A DNA stretch of 64,000 nucleotides. Origin: Octopus vulgaris (Eukaryota). This document shows, piece after piece, positions 28,690 to 42,164 of the stretch. Each line of letters opens with the position of its first letter. The stretch's first letter is position 1. Made by a program: the position numbers and the translations under genes. The notes beneath the pieces are model-generated. The model was not told the origin of the DNA, made no database searches, and saw nothing but the letters and a program-made list of their open reading frames with translations. The stretch spans positions 186,001 to 250,000 of the forward strand of contig OX597837.1 in NCBI GenBank assembly GCA_951406725.2. The letters run 5' to 3'.

Positions 28690-28726
28690 TATAACATGTT
28701 TCAGTTCCTGAAATGAACCTTATCAA
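28690..28726 (-). ncRNA. Hammerhead-like motif (U3-A8 core) at the PLE 3' terminus; stem I decayed
   Basis: Minus strand TTGATAA GGTTC ATTTCAG GAACT GAAAC AT GTTA. Confidence 0.45.
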
Positions 28727-29064
28727 AAAAAGTTATATATAAAAAAAAAGACAGCTCATGCCGTCAAACACAAGAAATTAATTTATAATACACAACGGAG
28801 TCAGACATCTTAAAGTTCAAATATAGTTTGAAGTAAGTTCATTCATGCTATATGTTCAAAGTGTTCGATGCAGTGGCCCACGGTGGCGATACGTATTCAA
28901 TACAAAAAAACAGATCAAAGTGGTGGAAAGCAGTCAATACAGAAGATTGATGTTCCCGAAAGAGCGAGGAATTCATTTTTACCTTGAGCAATTGTGATGA
29001 CCCATGGTAGGTGTTCGCTGGGTGACTCTAGTGAGTTTTGTGAATTGTTCGGGTTTTATAATGC

Positions 29065-29650
29065 CTGTTAGGTGGTCAGTCCAGCGTAGCGTGACGTCAT
29101 CAACGTTTTGACCAATCGTTTCGTTAGGTGGCTTTAGTCAAGTAGAACGGTACGTCATCAACATTCTGACCAATCGTGACCTATCGCTGTATTATAACTG
29201 CCTCTTGTCTGTTTCCTGTTTTGACCAGTCGTTTCGTTAGGTGGCTTAGTCAAGCAGGACGGTACGTCATCATGATTCTGACCAATCACGACTTATAGCT
29301 GTATTAGATCTGCCCCTTTTCGTTAGGTGGCTTAGTCAAGCAGAACGGGACGTCATCAGCATTCTGACCAATCGTGACCTATCGCTGTATTATAACTGCC
29401 TCTTGTCTGTATCCTGTTTTGACCAGTCGTTTCGTTAGGTGGCTTAGTCAAGCAGAACGGGACGTCATCAAGATTCTGCCCAATCACGGCTTATAGCTGC
29501 ATTAGATCTGCCCCCTGTCTGTATTTTGTTAGGTGACTAGTCAAGCAGAAAGGTACGTCATCAATATTCTGACTAATCTCTGCCCCCTGTTTGTATCCTG
29601 TCCATTCTAGTAGAACTAGATGTCATCAGCGTGTTGACCAATCAGAATCG
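29065..29650. repeat. Minisatellite of alternating ~112/~86-bp units inside the PLE 3' region
   Basis: Unit starts (cgttaggtgg) near 29122, 29235, 29321, 29433 and 29527; each carries ACGTCATCA and a CCAATC-type motif. Confidence 0.85.
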
Positions 29651-29820
29651 GGTCTGACCCTTAGCTGTATCGTATGTGGTCAGTCCATCAGGGTCAGATT
29701 TGCGCGAAAGAATTTTTTTCCTTTTTTACTAAGGCATATTTCCGTCAGTGCGAGTGACTGTTTAAGGTAGCGGCCGTGGTGGAATTTTGCTTTTCCTTTT
29801 CGGAGGACTTATCTTTTGTT

Positions 29821-31062
29821 TTAATATTCCTGGCCCAGGGTGTTTAAACTTGGTCTAAATTTTTTTATGAAATACAGTTCTTTATTTTGGCGTTGTGTGA
29901 AGGTTGCGTTGTCACTGAATTTATAGAGCGGGTTAGTTGTAAATTTCGGATTTACATTTCCAGCACATCTATCTATGTGTCCGCTGACCGGTATTTTGCG
30001 GTAATCAGGGTTTCTAATTTGTGATTTATGCACCGCCATCCTGTTACGTAAGCTATTTTTTGTATGGCCTATATACTGCCTATTGCAGCCTGCGCATGTT
30101 ATGACGTAAATTAAGTTTTCTGATGCGAAGGTGAAGTTTGTTCTAATGGTGAACTGGTGGCTTTGTTCCAGTATAAATTCTGATCCTTCTTTCAAGATGA
30201 CACAGATTCCGCAGTTGGGCCTTCCACATTTTCTAACTGCTGGTTTTGTGGTTGATGTTGAGTGCAGTGTAGCTTGGGTTAAAATCATTTTCAAGGATTT
30301 TGGTTGCCGTTTACTTTTAATGATGGTGTGTGTTTCGAGGATCCGGTTCATCTTTGGGTCTCCCTTTAGTAGGGCTGTGCTTTGTAGTATGGTGTTGAAG
30401 GCCTCATTGTTGAGTGGGTTGTGTGTAGAGATGTAGGGAAGGGTTTTTAATTGTTCTTTCTTTTTTGGTTTTGTTTGTCTCAGGTCTTCTATACTTAATT
30501 TAAGTACCCGTTGGATTGCACTGTCTATTAGGGGCTGTGGATAGTTTCTATTTGTGAGTGTAGTTCTAAGTTCCTGGAGACGTGTGTGTCGGGTGTTTGT
30601 GTCTGATATTATGGTGCAAATCCTTCTAGCTAAACAAAAAGGAACATTCATTCTAGTGTGTCGTGGGTGGCATGAATCAAAGGGTAGGTACTGTTTAGAG
30701 TCTGTCGGTTTATAGTAGATATCTGTCTCTATTTTGTTGCCGGTTTTCTTAATGAGGATGTCTAAAAATGGTAATTCTTTTTCGTTGTGGTCCATCGTGA
30801 ATTGTATATTGTCATTTATTCCATTTAATAGTATTTTAAATTCCTCAAGTTTCTCTATACCTTTGTCCCAGATGATGAAACAGTCATCGAGGTATCTTTT
30901 CCAGTTGTTATGGATATAGGTGGCGAAGGTGTTTCCATATTTCTCGAGTGTTATCCGGTATAGTATTTTCTCGAGGTATCCCATCACTAGGTTGGCAAAA
31001 GATGGTGCAGTACGCGTGCCCATCGCTGTTCCCGATCTTTGTCTGTAGAAATCATTGTCCAA
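29821..31062 (-). pseudogene. PLE RT + GIY-YIG ORF (413 aa open; continues upstream to ~31420 past a stop)
   Basis: YLDD, IYYKPT...YL...SCHP, KCGRPNCGIC, NLIYVITCAGC.RQYIGHT, KEL.FI....P.LN. Confidence 0.93.
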
Positions 31063-32159
31063 AATAAAATAATTGTTCTCTAAAATGAATCTAAGTCCTT
31101 CTATTATAAGGTCTTTGTTTATGCGAGTTGGGAGTTCAAAGGGGTAGTTATTCAGCCAGAAGGTGATCGCTTATATTCCTAGGTTGTGAGGGATGTTAGA
31201 ATAAAGATTAACTACGTCGAATGATACTAGAAGGGTTTTCTCATTGACTGTTTTAGGGAGGTGGTTGGGCATATCTATATCGTCTCTTACGTAGCTTTTG
31301 ATGTGTTTTAGGAAAGGTTTAAGCAGTGTGTCTACGAAATTGCTGAGGCGGTGAGTTTCACATGCTGGCCCTGCTATTATCGGTCTTAGTTTAAGATCAT
31401 TTGGTGAAGGGATTTTGATGGGTATGCATACATACGTACAGGTTAGCATATGTGTGCAAAACAAGGTAGAATTTGTTGCGTGAAGGAGCTAAGAATGAAA
31501 ACCGTTCGCACCTAATTCTTTAGTCATCACTCTTTGGACAAGACAGAAAAACTAAAACTACATCCAGCACCATCGAACAAGAATGTATTCTTTGTGGTCA
31601 TTTGACCTACTAGCACTAGCAGCCATCATTCCTGCCATTCACTTCCAGCCATCTTATTAAAATATGTTTTCCAAGCTACAGGTGAATTACGTAAACCAAT
31701 AATTCCTTGTTTCTTGGTTGTGCCGGCGACGATTACACTAGCAACCCAATATAAAGTCCCACCTTGGTTGGGGGGGAGTCTACCACCAAAAATATCTGAA
31801 CTCAATCAAGGGTCAATAGCCATTATCAAATCTCCAAATGTAGCGAGGTTCCTTTAAGGCAGCTGAGTCTAGCATTTCTGAATCTCTTGGTAATCCAAAG
31901 GTGACCGTTTAATCCAGCAAGGCCCAGGTGAAGGCAGACCCTTGATGTAACTGAAACCAGTGATAACTAAGTTTATCTTTAGCCGAGCGACAAACTAGAG
32001 CCCTAAGATAACCTTGTGGTGGTGGTGGAATGTATTTAATCATTTAATCTGGCTCTAAATGACAACATTAGTGCCACCACCACTACCACCACTTCCACCA
32101 CTACTACCGCCGCCACCACTAACAACAACAGCGCAAACCGTACCCCTGTTAATACCGAT

Positions 32160-32335
32160 GGGGGATGGGTAAGTCGATTGCATCGACCCCAGTATGCAAC
32201 TTGTACTTACTTTAATCGACTTCGAAAGGATGAAAGGCAAAGTCGACCTCGGTGGAATTTGAACTCAGAACGTAAAGGCGTACGAAATGCCGCTAAGCAT
32301 TTCGCTCGGTGTGCTAACAATTCTGCCACTTGGCC
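32160..32335 (-). mobile_element. SINE family A copy
   Basis: aagtcgattgcatcgaccccagt...gaaaggatgaaaggcaaagtcgacctcggtggaatttgaactcagaacg...gtgctaac. Confidence 0.8.
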
Positions 32336-32549
32336 CACTTAAAGTACCACTGTTACTATTATAATCAATTCTCCACTGTCACCTCACCCACCCACCATTA
32401 ACATCAACACTGCCATGAACATCACTGTCAACATCATCATGCGGAAGGGTCAAAGATGTGTTGTTTGTACGATCACTCGAGCTTCTAGAAATAGTTACAA
32501 ACTCTCCCTCAAATGATAGTAATTTCTTTAAAAAGAATACAAGATTATC

Positions 32550-33334
32550 ATCACCACTGCCACAGCCGCCACCGCCACCACTACTACCACTACCACCACC
32601 ACCACCACCACCACTTTCATACGACCATGACCATCATCATCACCATCGCTATCGACACCGCCGTCGCAGCTGTCGCCGCTGCCAATGCCACCACTACCAC
32701 CATTATCACCACCATCGTCATCACCGCCACTACCACATCAGAACCGCCGCCACCACCACCACCACCACCACCACCACCACCACCACCACCACCACCACTA
32801 TCATTACCTCCGCTGCAACCAAAAGCATCAATGTCACTACCGTCATTGTCATCATAATCATCACTACCACCACCACTACTACCACCACTACTACCACCAC
32901 TACTACCACCACTACTACCACCACTACTACCACCACCACTACCACCACCACAACAACAAAAACCATCAACATCACCACCACCACCACCACCACCACCACC
33001 ACCACCACAACAACAACAACAATCAATTCCCCTACCATAACCATCAACCATCCCCACCCCATCATCTTCCTCACTGTCATCATGTTATCCATTTTTTTAA
33101 TCGTATTTTCCGGAAATCAAAGTTTTAACTGAGTTTTACCGGTATTTCCGGTTGTATCGGTATTTCCGGTTTCGCCCAAAGTGGAAAAATGTCTGCCGGG
33201 TAAAGCTATTATCACAGTAGTAGTAGTAGCAGTAGCAGTAGCAGTAGTAGTAGTAGTAGTAGCAGCAGCAACAGCAGAAGTATTAGTTTTAGTAGTAGTT
33301 GTAGTTGCCCTGGTAGTAGTTGATGTTAGTGTTG

Positions 33335-33377
<43 letters not shown>

Positions 33378-33380
33378 GTT
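32550..33380. repeat. Compound (ACC/ACT/CAT/AAC/GTA)n trinucleotide repeat region
   Basis: Direct reading; source of the poly-T/H/P/V ORFs. Confidence 0.9.
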
Positions 33381-33436
33381 ATTGGCACCATTAATAATAG
33401 CTGCAACACAATTAGTAGTATTAATTGTAGTATTTA

Positions 33437-33665
33437 TTGGTTAATGCAGTATAGTTGGAGATCGTAAGATTGTGGTTTCGATTCCTGGACCCGGCGACGC
33501 GTTGTTCTTCTTGAGCAAAACACTTCATTTGGTGTTGCGCCCAATCCATTCAGGTAGTAAAAACGAGTTAAACCTGTGATGGACCGGCGTCCCATCCAAG
33601 TGGGGAATATAAACTCCACGGAGACCGGGAAACTTGGCCCTTATGGGTCTATATAACTAGGGAAG
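33437..33665 (+). mobile_element. tRNA-derived SINE (family B-related)
   Basis: B-box GGTTTCGATTCC, then TTCTTGAGCAAAACACTT; body cctgtgatggaccggcgtcccatcca. Confidence 0.65.
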
Positions 33666-34246
33666 ACGCTTACCTCTTTTTTTTTTTAATCCTTAATGCT
33701 GGTACTTGTTGCGGTGATGAGGGTGAGCGTGTACGTTTTTGAAGTTAGTAGTTGCCATGGTAACGTCCATATGTATTGGCTTCCATGTTGATGAACATCG
33801 AACATAAGGTGACGGAGAGTCGGTTGCTAAACCTGCTAGACATAACTGTCAAATCTTCAACTCACACCAAACTCTCTTATAACGAGGACTGAGAGATGAT
33901 GTAGTCCTAGATACACTATTCCGAAAAGCCCCTAATAGGAGTGCCATGACATAACCCTCTCAATCGTAGGTTTTTCCCCGCTATAAAAGAAAAAAAAGGA
34001 TTCGGTGCGTTGTTATTTCTCTCTTCTTTTTGCATCCAACTGCTTTTTGTTTCCTGTACAAGACTGGAATCTCTCAGAACCAGAAACAGACTACAGATCT
34101 TTCATAGCATTAGTTAAAGTGTCGTGCGCATCTTTGACAATGAAATAAGTCGCATACATAATCTCCTCGGTCACGTGTGCGTGCGTGTGTGTGTATAAGT
34201 ATGCGTGTTGGTTTCTGTGGGACTAACATACATATTCCTATATATG

Positions 34247-34285
<39 letters not shown>

Positions 34286-34685
34286 GTACAAACACACACA
34301 TATATATATATATTTATACATATATACACACGTACATGTAATGCGTATACAAACATATATGCATATGTACACACATACATACACACATATATATACATGC
34401 ATACATACCTATATATATATATATATGCATATGTGATTTTGAATATATAGGGTTTCGTTAAAGTGTGTAAATTTGTTAACAAACTGATTGTGTGTGTGTG
34501 TGTGTGTGTGCTTGGCCTCATTGTCTTGCAATAATCAATTTTACGATAATGGCCGACGGAGTAAGGTTCTCTTGTCTTCCCTTCAGTTTTAATTTCCCGT
34601 TTTCTGGCGTTTCTTTTGTAGCCATCTTCCACTTCGTCCTTATCGTCCACCAACAAGAGACGACAACAACAACAGCAGCAGCAGC

Positions 34686-34780
<95 letters not shown>

Positions 34781-35014
34781 AGAAAGAAGGATTAGCTAGA
34801 AATGCTACTGGAATTAAAGGTTAAAAGAAATTACAAAATTTACAACAAAAAAATAACAAAAACAATAACAATGTCAATAAAAATAAAATGAGAAAAAAAG
34901 CATGAACTGCAACAGCAACAATAACAATTGTGGCAATAAAAATAACAACAGCAGCAACAAGAACAATAAAATCAAAGCAATATCAGTAACACCACCACCA
35001 CCACCACCACCACC

Positions 35015-35046
<32 letters not shown>

Positions 35047-35181
35047 ATTTTATTACATAATGTTCATTTGAAGAAGTTAATTGCCCACACCCGCACCTAT
35101 ACGTGTATATATAGTACACGCACACACACGCACACACACACACACACACATATATATATTATATATACATATACAGATGTG

Positions 35182-35220
<39 letters not shown>

Positions 35221-35264
35221 TCTGTATATGTATATATAATATATATATGTGTGTGTGTGTGTGT

Positions 35265-35303
<39 letters not shown>

Positions 35304-35380
35304 GTATATATATATATGTATATGTATATATATATATGTATATGTTTATATATGTATATATATATATGCATATATATGTG

Positions 35381-35431
<51 letters not shown>

Positions 35432-35561
35432 ATATATATATATATATATATATATAAGTATAAGGTGTGTTATGAGCATTTATAGCATATAATCCTATAT
35501 AAACTCAACTAACAATTAAAGGTGGAGAAGCGATGGTAAAAGTTTTATAAAATTTTAATCC

Positions 35562-35678
35562 ATGTATACGATCGTTTCAAATGATAACACAAACATGTAA
35601 GAAACATGGAAAAAAATTAATTAATTATAATTATACTTAAATTAATTCAATAACGTATTACCATTCTCCTCAATGCAA
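35562..35678 (-). ncRNA. Degenerate type I hammerhead with a long stem II insert
   Basis: TTGAGGA, 10-bp stem II GAATGGTAAT/GTTATCATTT, GAAAC GATC GTA (palindromic ACGATCGT); stem I has one mismatch. Confidence 0.5.
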
Positions 35679-35837
35679 AAGGTGGAGAAAACATCAGGAA
35701 AGGTGGTAAAAGAACAACACAAAACAATATAGAAAACAAAACAGGAGACTATATTGTGTCTGTGTCGCATAACTCAATGGGATATTCATAAATTGATTGG
35801 GAAAGATGAAAGATAAGAACATATTTAGGTAACTATG

Positions 35838-35995
35838 TTGGAGCGCCGCCTTTAGTCGAGCAAATCGACGCCATGACTAATTTCATTGTAAGCCTAGTAC
35901 TTATTCTATAGACTCTTTTGCCGAACTAAGTTACAGGGACGTAAACACACCAGCATCGGTTATCAAGTGATGTTGGGGGGAAAAACTCAGACATA

Positions 35996-36029
<34 letters not shown>

Positions 36030-36204
36030 CATACATATATATATACATATATATATATGTATATAAATAACGGGCTTCTTTCAGTTTCCGTCTACCAAAT
36101 CCACTCGCAAGGCTTTGGTCGGCCAGAGGCTATAGTAGCAGACACTTGGCCAAAGGGCCACGCAGTGGGATTGAACCCGGAACTATGTGGTTGTTAAGCT
36201 ACTT
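35838..36204 (-). mobile_element. tRNA-derived SINE family C (3' part; its head continues at 38198-38239)
   Basis: Collinear with the intact copy at 46535-46943; split at aagctactt. Confidence 0.85.
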
Positions 36205-38197
36205 TTCTTCATAGAAATTTGCCATAAAGGCATTACACAGAGTAGCTTGCGGATTAGACATAAACATTAATGAAGCGGATGATTATGATGAAAAATGATA
36301 AAGATGGGAGAAGGCAAAAGGCGCCCGCTGACCCTCTGCTTCTCTAAATTATTATTTTTTTTTTCCAAAAATGCATTAACTGAGGCAATGACCCTCTTAC
36401 AAAAAATACAATTTCTTGGACCATAAGTCCATACAATCAAAATACAGTCTATACACCAATTAGAGGCAATAAACTTTTACACTTCCTCCCCCAGCAAATC
36501 TCGTGCAACTTGCAGGCACTGTTTTCAGTGAAAACTGGGGTTCCAATGGAGAATTCTGAAAACCTCGCCTCCACACGAGTAGATTATCATATTGCATTGT
36601 TTTCTTTCCAGCACCAGAGCAGCCATCAGCGAAGGCCACTCTGAGCTGTCAATGCAATTCAGTTCCCTTAGGATCCGACTGTCCATCTTATTTTCGACAA
36701 AACTTGAGATAGCAGAACATACATTCCTCACTACCTTCACTAGGAGGGGCCTCATGTCCCTCACTCGGTGGCACACATCCCACCGAAGGGGCTTCGGGCC
36801 ATGCCGTCACCAGCAATACCCCGTTCTTCCTTTTCTTTTTCTTCTTTCCTTTTACAACGGGAGGGTGGAGCTCCTCCGGCATCTTCAGAAAACCCTCCCT
36901 CGCCCCGCCGTCTCAGGATCCATGGGTGGGCAACCATTGTTGTCCCCCTTTTTCCTCTTCTTCCTCTTTTTGAGGAGGTTACCTCATCCTCAACTTTTTC
37001 CTCCACTGGGGGAACAGGGGACACCTCTTCGATTAACTGCTCCAGGACCTTTGCCTGGTCCCGGTGACAGTTTTTCTTGATGTGACCCGATTCCAGGCAC
37101 AGGTGACACATGCTGGGGGGGGGGGGCGTCCCTCAACCATCACCGGGTACTTGGAACCGGCCATTGTCAAAACATCTGATAAAACCAGTTCTTTGGCTGA
37201 TTGGGTCCATAGGGTAAAAATTGCTTTCGACCCCACCCAATCAGCCACAGGAAGCATTCTGACATTTAAGAGCTTGGCTCCGCTGCCACCCAGACCCCGT
37301 CGGATGGTATCCTCTATCCACTCGGGCTCAATTCCGGGTGGAAGCCCACACACCCAAGCTCTCGTCAATTTTCGCCCACCGTATGTGGGGAGAAACAAAA
37401 TCTTCTCCCATTCGACCGGTTGGCACGCAAACCCTTGTGCCTCCGTAGGGGTGTCAAAAAGAACACACACAGTTCCGTACTTTGTACCCCTACGAATAAA
37501 TCGAAAAGTTAGCAGGTACTTTGCCAAATCTTCCTCAATGTCAGACTGAGAGAACTCCAGGACCCTAGAGTAGGTCCTTAACACCACCATTCTCTCAGTA
37601 TAATTTTTGAGCCAATCTTTGGGGGGCCACAATTCGCCACTCCAAAGTGCTATTCTTTGATGCCATTTTTTCCCAAAAATAAAATAAAAATAATCCAAAA
37701 ACAAAAAGTCCAAAAATGTTCAAATAAAAGTCAATAATATAACACAAAGAAAGAACGGAAAGACAGACATGAAAAAAAAAAGGAATGAAGGAACACTGTT
37801 CAACTGGCAACAAAATTCTGCTACTCAGGCTATCCGCAGCACAAAAATTAAATTCTCCGCCGTCCTCGCACTCCTTGCCAGAATGGTAAATCCAGAGGTA
37901 GAGGCACGAACACAGCAAAAAACAGACAAAAATTTTTCCTGGAGGGAATACGCCTCCCCAAATCACTATTCTCACTGCAAAGTGAGTCTTTTTGCAGAAC
38001 CACAGGCAGGCAAATGTCTGGAACAGAGTAGAGTCTATTGCTCGACAAAATTTATTAATTACAGAGCAACAAACTCCACTAAGCGCCCCCAAAATAAAAT
38101 AAACGCCTACATGTAGTCGTGCTTCAAATGTACAGTTTTCACGTCGCAAGACGTGATTTACAAGCAGCTTGAAAAATGCGAACTCTTCTGTCAGTGA
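36205..38197 (-). mobile_element. ORF1-only Tx1/L1-like retroelement inserted in the SINE tRNA head
   Basis: Flanking duplication aagctactt (36196-36204 / 38206-38214); ~530-bp 5' UTR; single disrupted gag-like ORF; no EN or RT sequence recognised. Confidence 0.75.
36525..37666 (-). pseudogene. ORF1p/gag-like protein: RRM-like region + CCHC knuckle + charged tail
   Basis: ATG at 37666 (MASKNST); frameshifts near 37600 and in the G13 run at ~37115-37127; CHLCLESGHIKKNC = CX2CX4HX4C preceded by V.VEGRPP as in Tx1/L1 ORF1. Confidence 0.78.
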
Positions 38198-38239
38198 GGT
38201 AAGCAAAGCTACTTACCACACAGCCACTCTTGCGCCTAT
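38198..38239 (-). mobile_element. Displaced 5' head of the family C SINE
   Basis: ggtaagcaaagctacttaccacacagccactcttgcgcctat matches the ends of 40413-40581 and 46535-46943. Confidence 0.85.
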
Positions 38240-38262
38240 AAATAAATAAATAAATAAATAAA

Positions 38263-38308
<46 letters not shown>

Positions 38309-38788
38309 CATACAAACATACAAACATACATATGTTTATATGTGCATCTATCTATCACACACATACATAAATATTCCGGTTGTAAATCTGCACATTCATT
38401 ACTTTACCGTAAATTTGCAAACTGATTGCAGGAACCGAGAAAACCATTCTTTAAGAGCAGTCACGTCAATTAGTAATTATATTCTATGACAGCAGAAGTG
38501 GAATTACCTGCAGCAAACCGAAAACTTATTTCGAAATGTTGTTTATTTTATTCCTTTGTTATTTGTGTTTTGGTTGTTGTTATTGTTGCTATCGTTGTTG
38601 CGGTTGGTGTGCTACACTGATGTATGTGCTATGGTTTTGGTAAATTGTGTTTTGTGTTTTGGTATGGCGTAATCTTTTTGTTTTATATATTTTTTGTGTT
38701 GTTCTTTTTAATCATCATCATCATCGTCGTTGTTGTAATTATTACTATTATTATCATTAATCTCATTATTGCGTCTTCGTTATAAGGA

Positions 38789-38853
<65 letters not shown>

Positions 38854-38930
38854 TGCTGCACAATTACTTGCCGTAATAAGGCAACAACAAAAGAGAAAAT
38901 GATGTTGATGGCGATGATGATGATGATGCT

Positions 38931-38961
<31 letters not shown>

Positions 38962-38967
38962 ATGATG

Positions 38968-39033
<66 letters not shown>

Positions 39034-39595
39034 GCACAAGGTCAACATTTTCGAGTAGAAGAGGTTAGTCGATGGGATCGACTCAATACTTGACTTTATT
39101 TTATCGACCCCGAAAGATGAAAAGCAATTTGCCCAGTGGAATATATTTGTATATTATATTTGTATATTTAAATAACCAAAGGCCTCGTCAGAGGATATAC
39201 ATAACTAGAAAAGTATAATAACAATATTGATATATAAAAAACACGCTTCACATACTATCCAATAAAAACAAGAAAATAAATAAGACAGATATTCAAAACA
39301 CACACATACACACACACACACATAAGCACATATATACATATAAAATATACAAATATACATACATACATAGGCAAATCGTACATATTAATCACATGTGCAA
39401 AAAACATAAAGAACAATATTGAACAGTATATCACATTACTTTGGATTATCATGCTTTGTATAGTTCAGTAAATGCATTCTAACGTAATATACTACCACTT
39501 TCAACAATACCAACAGTAATGTTGTTTTAACGGTAATACTAAACAACGTCACAAAAATTCATGAAACAATGTACCAAGTATAAATGTTCACACAT

Positions 39596-39687
<92 letters not shown>

Positions 39688-40031
39688 GCACAAACAAGAT
39701 ATTTGCGTATGAATATGTTATACAAACATAATCTAAATAATACTTAACGCATCCGCTTAACACGAATAAGTTAAATTTTAGCATCCAAAACATTCAGTCC
39801 AAAACATTCAGTCCAAAACATTCAGTCCAGGTAAGGTCAGTTCCACAAAATATAAGTCCCCGTTATATGCATATTAGATTTCACAGTGTTTACATTCCTG
39901 TTATATGGATATTAAAGTTAATACATCTGCATAATCAAATAAATTTAATTTTAAAAAACATAGTGGTAACTTAAACTCCATGTCCAAGTTCAATTTAGTC
40001 CGAGGTTTGCATATTAAATATATAAAGATAA

Positions 40032-40097
<66 letters not shown>

Positions 40098-40412
40098 GTC
40101 CTTAGTCGAAAGACACCTGTTGTTAATGTCTTGTTCTCTGTATTTGTGAACCATTTCTCCGTTTTTTCCGTCGTTGTTTTCGTGTACATTCGCCGCTTTC
40201 TTGCAAGGAATATAGCGCTCTTAGCTTAGTTTTTCCTTGGGGCTGGCCAGATTGGAACAATCTCGAGTATAATCAGCCGAACTCCGAATGACACTTCCTT
40301 ATTTTCTTTCTATCGTCTGTCTGGATGCTTTGTTGTCCCTTTTTTTTATCACCTGTCTGGATGTTTTGCGTTCTTGTCCCATTTTTGCATTATATATATA
40401 TATATATATATA

Positions 40413-40581
40413 TACGACGGCCTTCTATCAGTTTCCGCCTACCAAATCCACTCACAAGACTTTGTTCAGCCTGTGGCTATAGTGGAAGACACTTGCCGAA
40501 TGTGCTACGCAGTGGGACGGAACCCAGAACCATGTGGCTGGTAAGCAAGCTTCTTTCTACACAATCACTCCTGCGCCTATA
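40413..40581 (-). mobile_element. SINE family C 5' half
   Basis: tRNA-like head plus ttcagtttccg.ctaccaaatccactcacaag core. Confidence 0.8.
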
Positions 40582-41196
40582 TACACTTGCTAGCTGAATG
40601 CAGTGGGCCAACGAGAAATAAAGTATCTTGCTCAAGTACCGAACTCCTAACCTTATGCTCGTAAGCCGAATACTCTATCCACAAAACCACACACTTTCAC
40701 TTACATACACACACATGTACACACACATACACACAGGTACACACATACACACACATACATACACACACATATATATACACATATACACACAAACACACAC
40801 ACGAACACATACACACACTCTCACACACACATACACATACACACACGCATCCTATTTCTATTACACTCAATAGACTTACAGAATATAAAAAACGTTCGCC
40901 CTTGTGCTATTTGTTGGCAATTTAATTACGATGTTTAAAACTAGAAACACGCGCCTCATTAACAACAAACACACAATCACGTTAACACGCCTAAAAACAC
41001 GGATCCATTATTGGAATGTTGGAACAAAGAAACAAAGGTACGATGGTAATTTCTGAAGAATCACAACAAGATACCATATTTAACTGCGAGGAAATATACA
41101 AAGGTACTATATTTATTGCTGTAATAACATAAAGAAAAGCTATAGTCATCTCTGAGCATGCGTACAATAACACACACACACACACAAATACACACA

Positions 41197-41267
<71 letters not shown>

Positions 41268-41395
41268 GTATATATATACACACATGTAGACAGACATAAC
41301 GATATGAATGCATACAAATATATACATATGAATAGAATTACATATTGTATGGATAATATATCGCATATATGTTTTCGTATATACGTACACACACG

Positions 41396-41427
<32 letters not shown>

Positions 41428-41685
41428 TGTATGTATATATTCACACTTACACCTATCCGTGGGGTTATACTCTCATTTAAAAATAATACAAAGGTACTAT
41501 ATTTATTGCTTAAAATGGTCGAAAAATTTGGTAAAAATAGACACATGAATAGATTCAGATGACACAACTAAACTATTTTCATATTCTAAAATAGGTCAAC
41601 GAATAATTCGCATAACAACTCTTTATTACGTGTCTAGATACATACAAAAAAATATGGGCACACAAGCATATGCACGTATATGGGC

Positions 41686-41797
<112 letters not shown>

Positions 41798-42164
41798 GAG
41801 TTATAAAGCTGTTTCCCATATTTCTGTGGCATGTATATTTTCCGGAGAAGTATTTGGTTCCCTTTCTAAGAATCAAATAATAGTGATTCTCTGTTTCACA
41901 TTTTTAATAAGAGACATTTCTCATGTTTCGCCTACTTGTGCAATTTTGTAGGTTCTGTTAGCAAATGAAACACGTGTAATGGTGAATAAATAATGCCAAA
42001 AACTTTATATCAAATATGTAATTATTCTGTAAAAAATATTTTCCACTATTTTTTGTATACCTTACAATATAATAATATCTACATAAAATTTCCGAGTTCT
42101 GGAATATGCAAATGTGGTTCAAAGGTATATAGCTTAGATCATACCTCCATCTATATATATATAT

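Noticed and set aside
29065-29650. Repeat array superficially like CRISPR
   Set aside because: The intervening sequences are themselves repeated, there are no unique spacers or cas genes, and the context is eukaryotic
39783-39828. Three perfect copies of a 14-mer (tccaaaacattcag)
   Set aside because: Ordinary local slippage duplication
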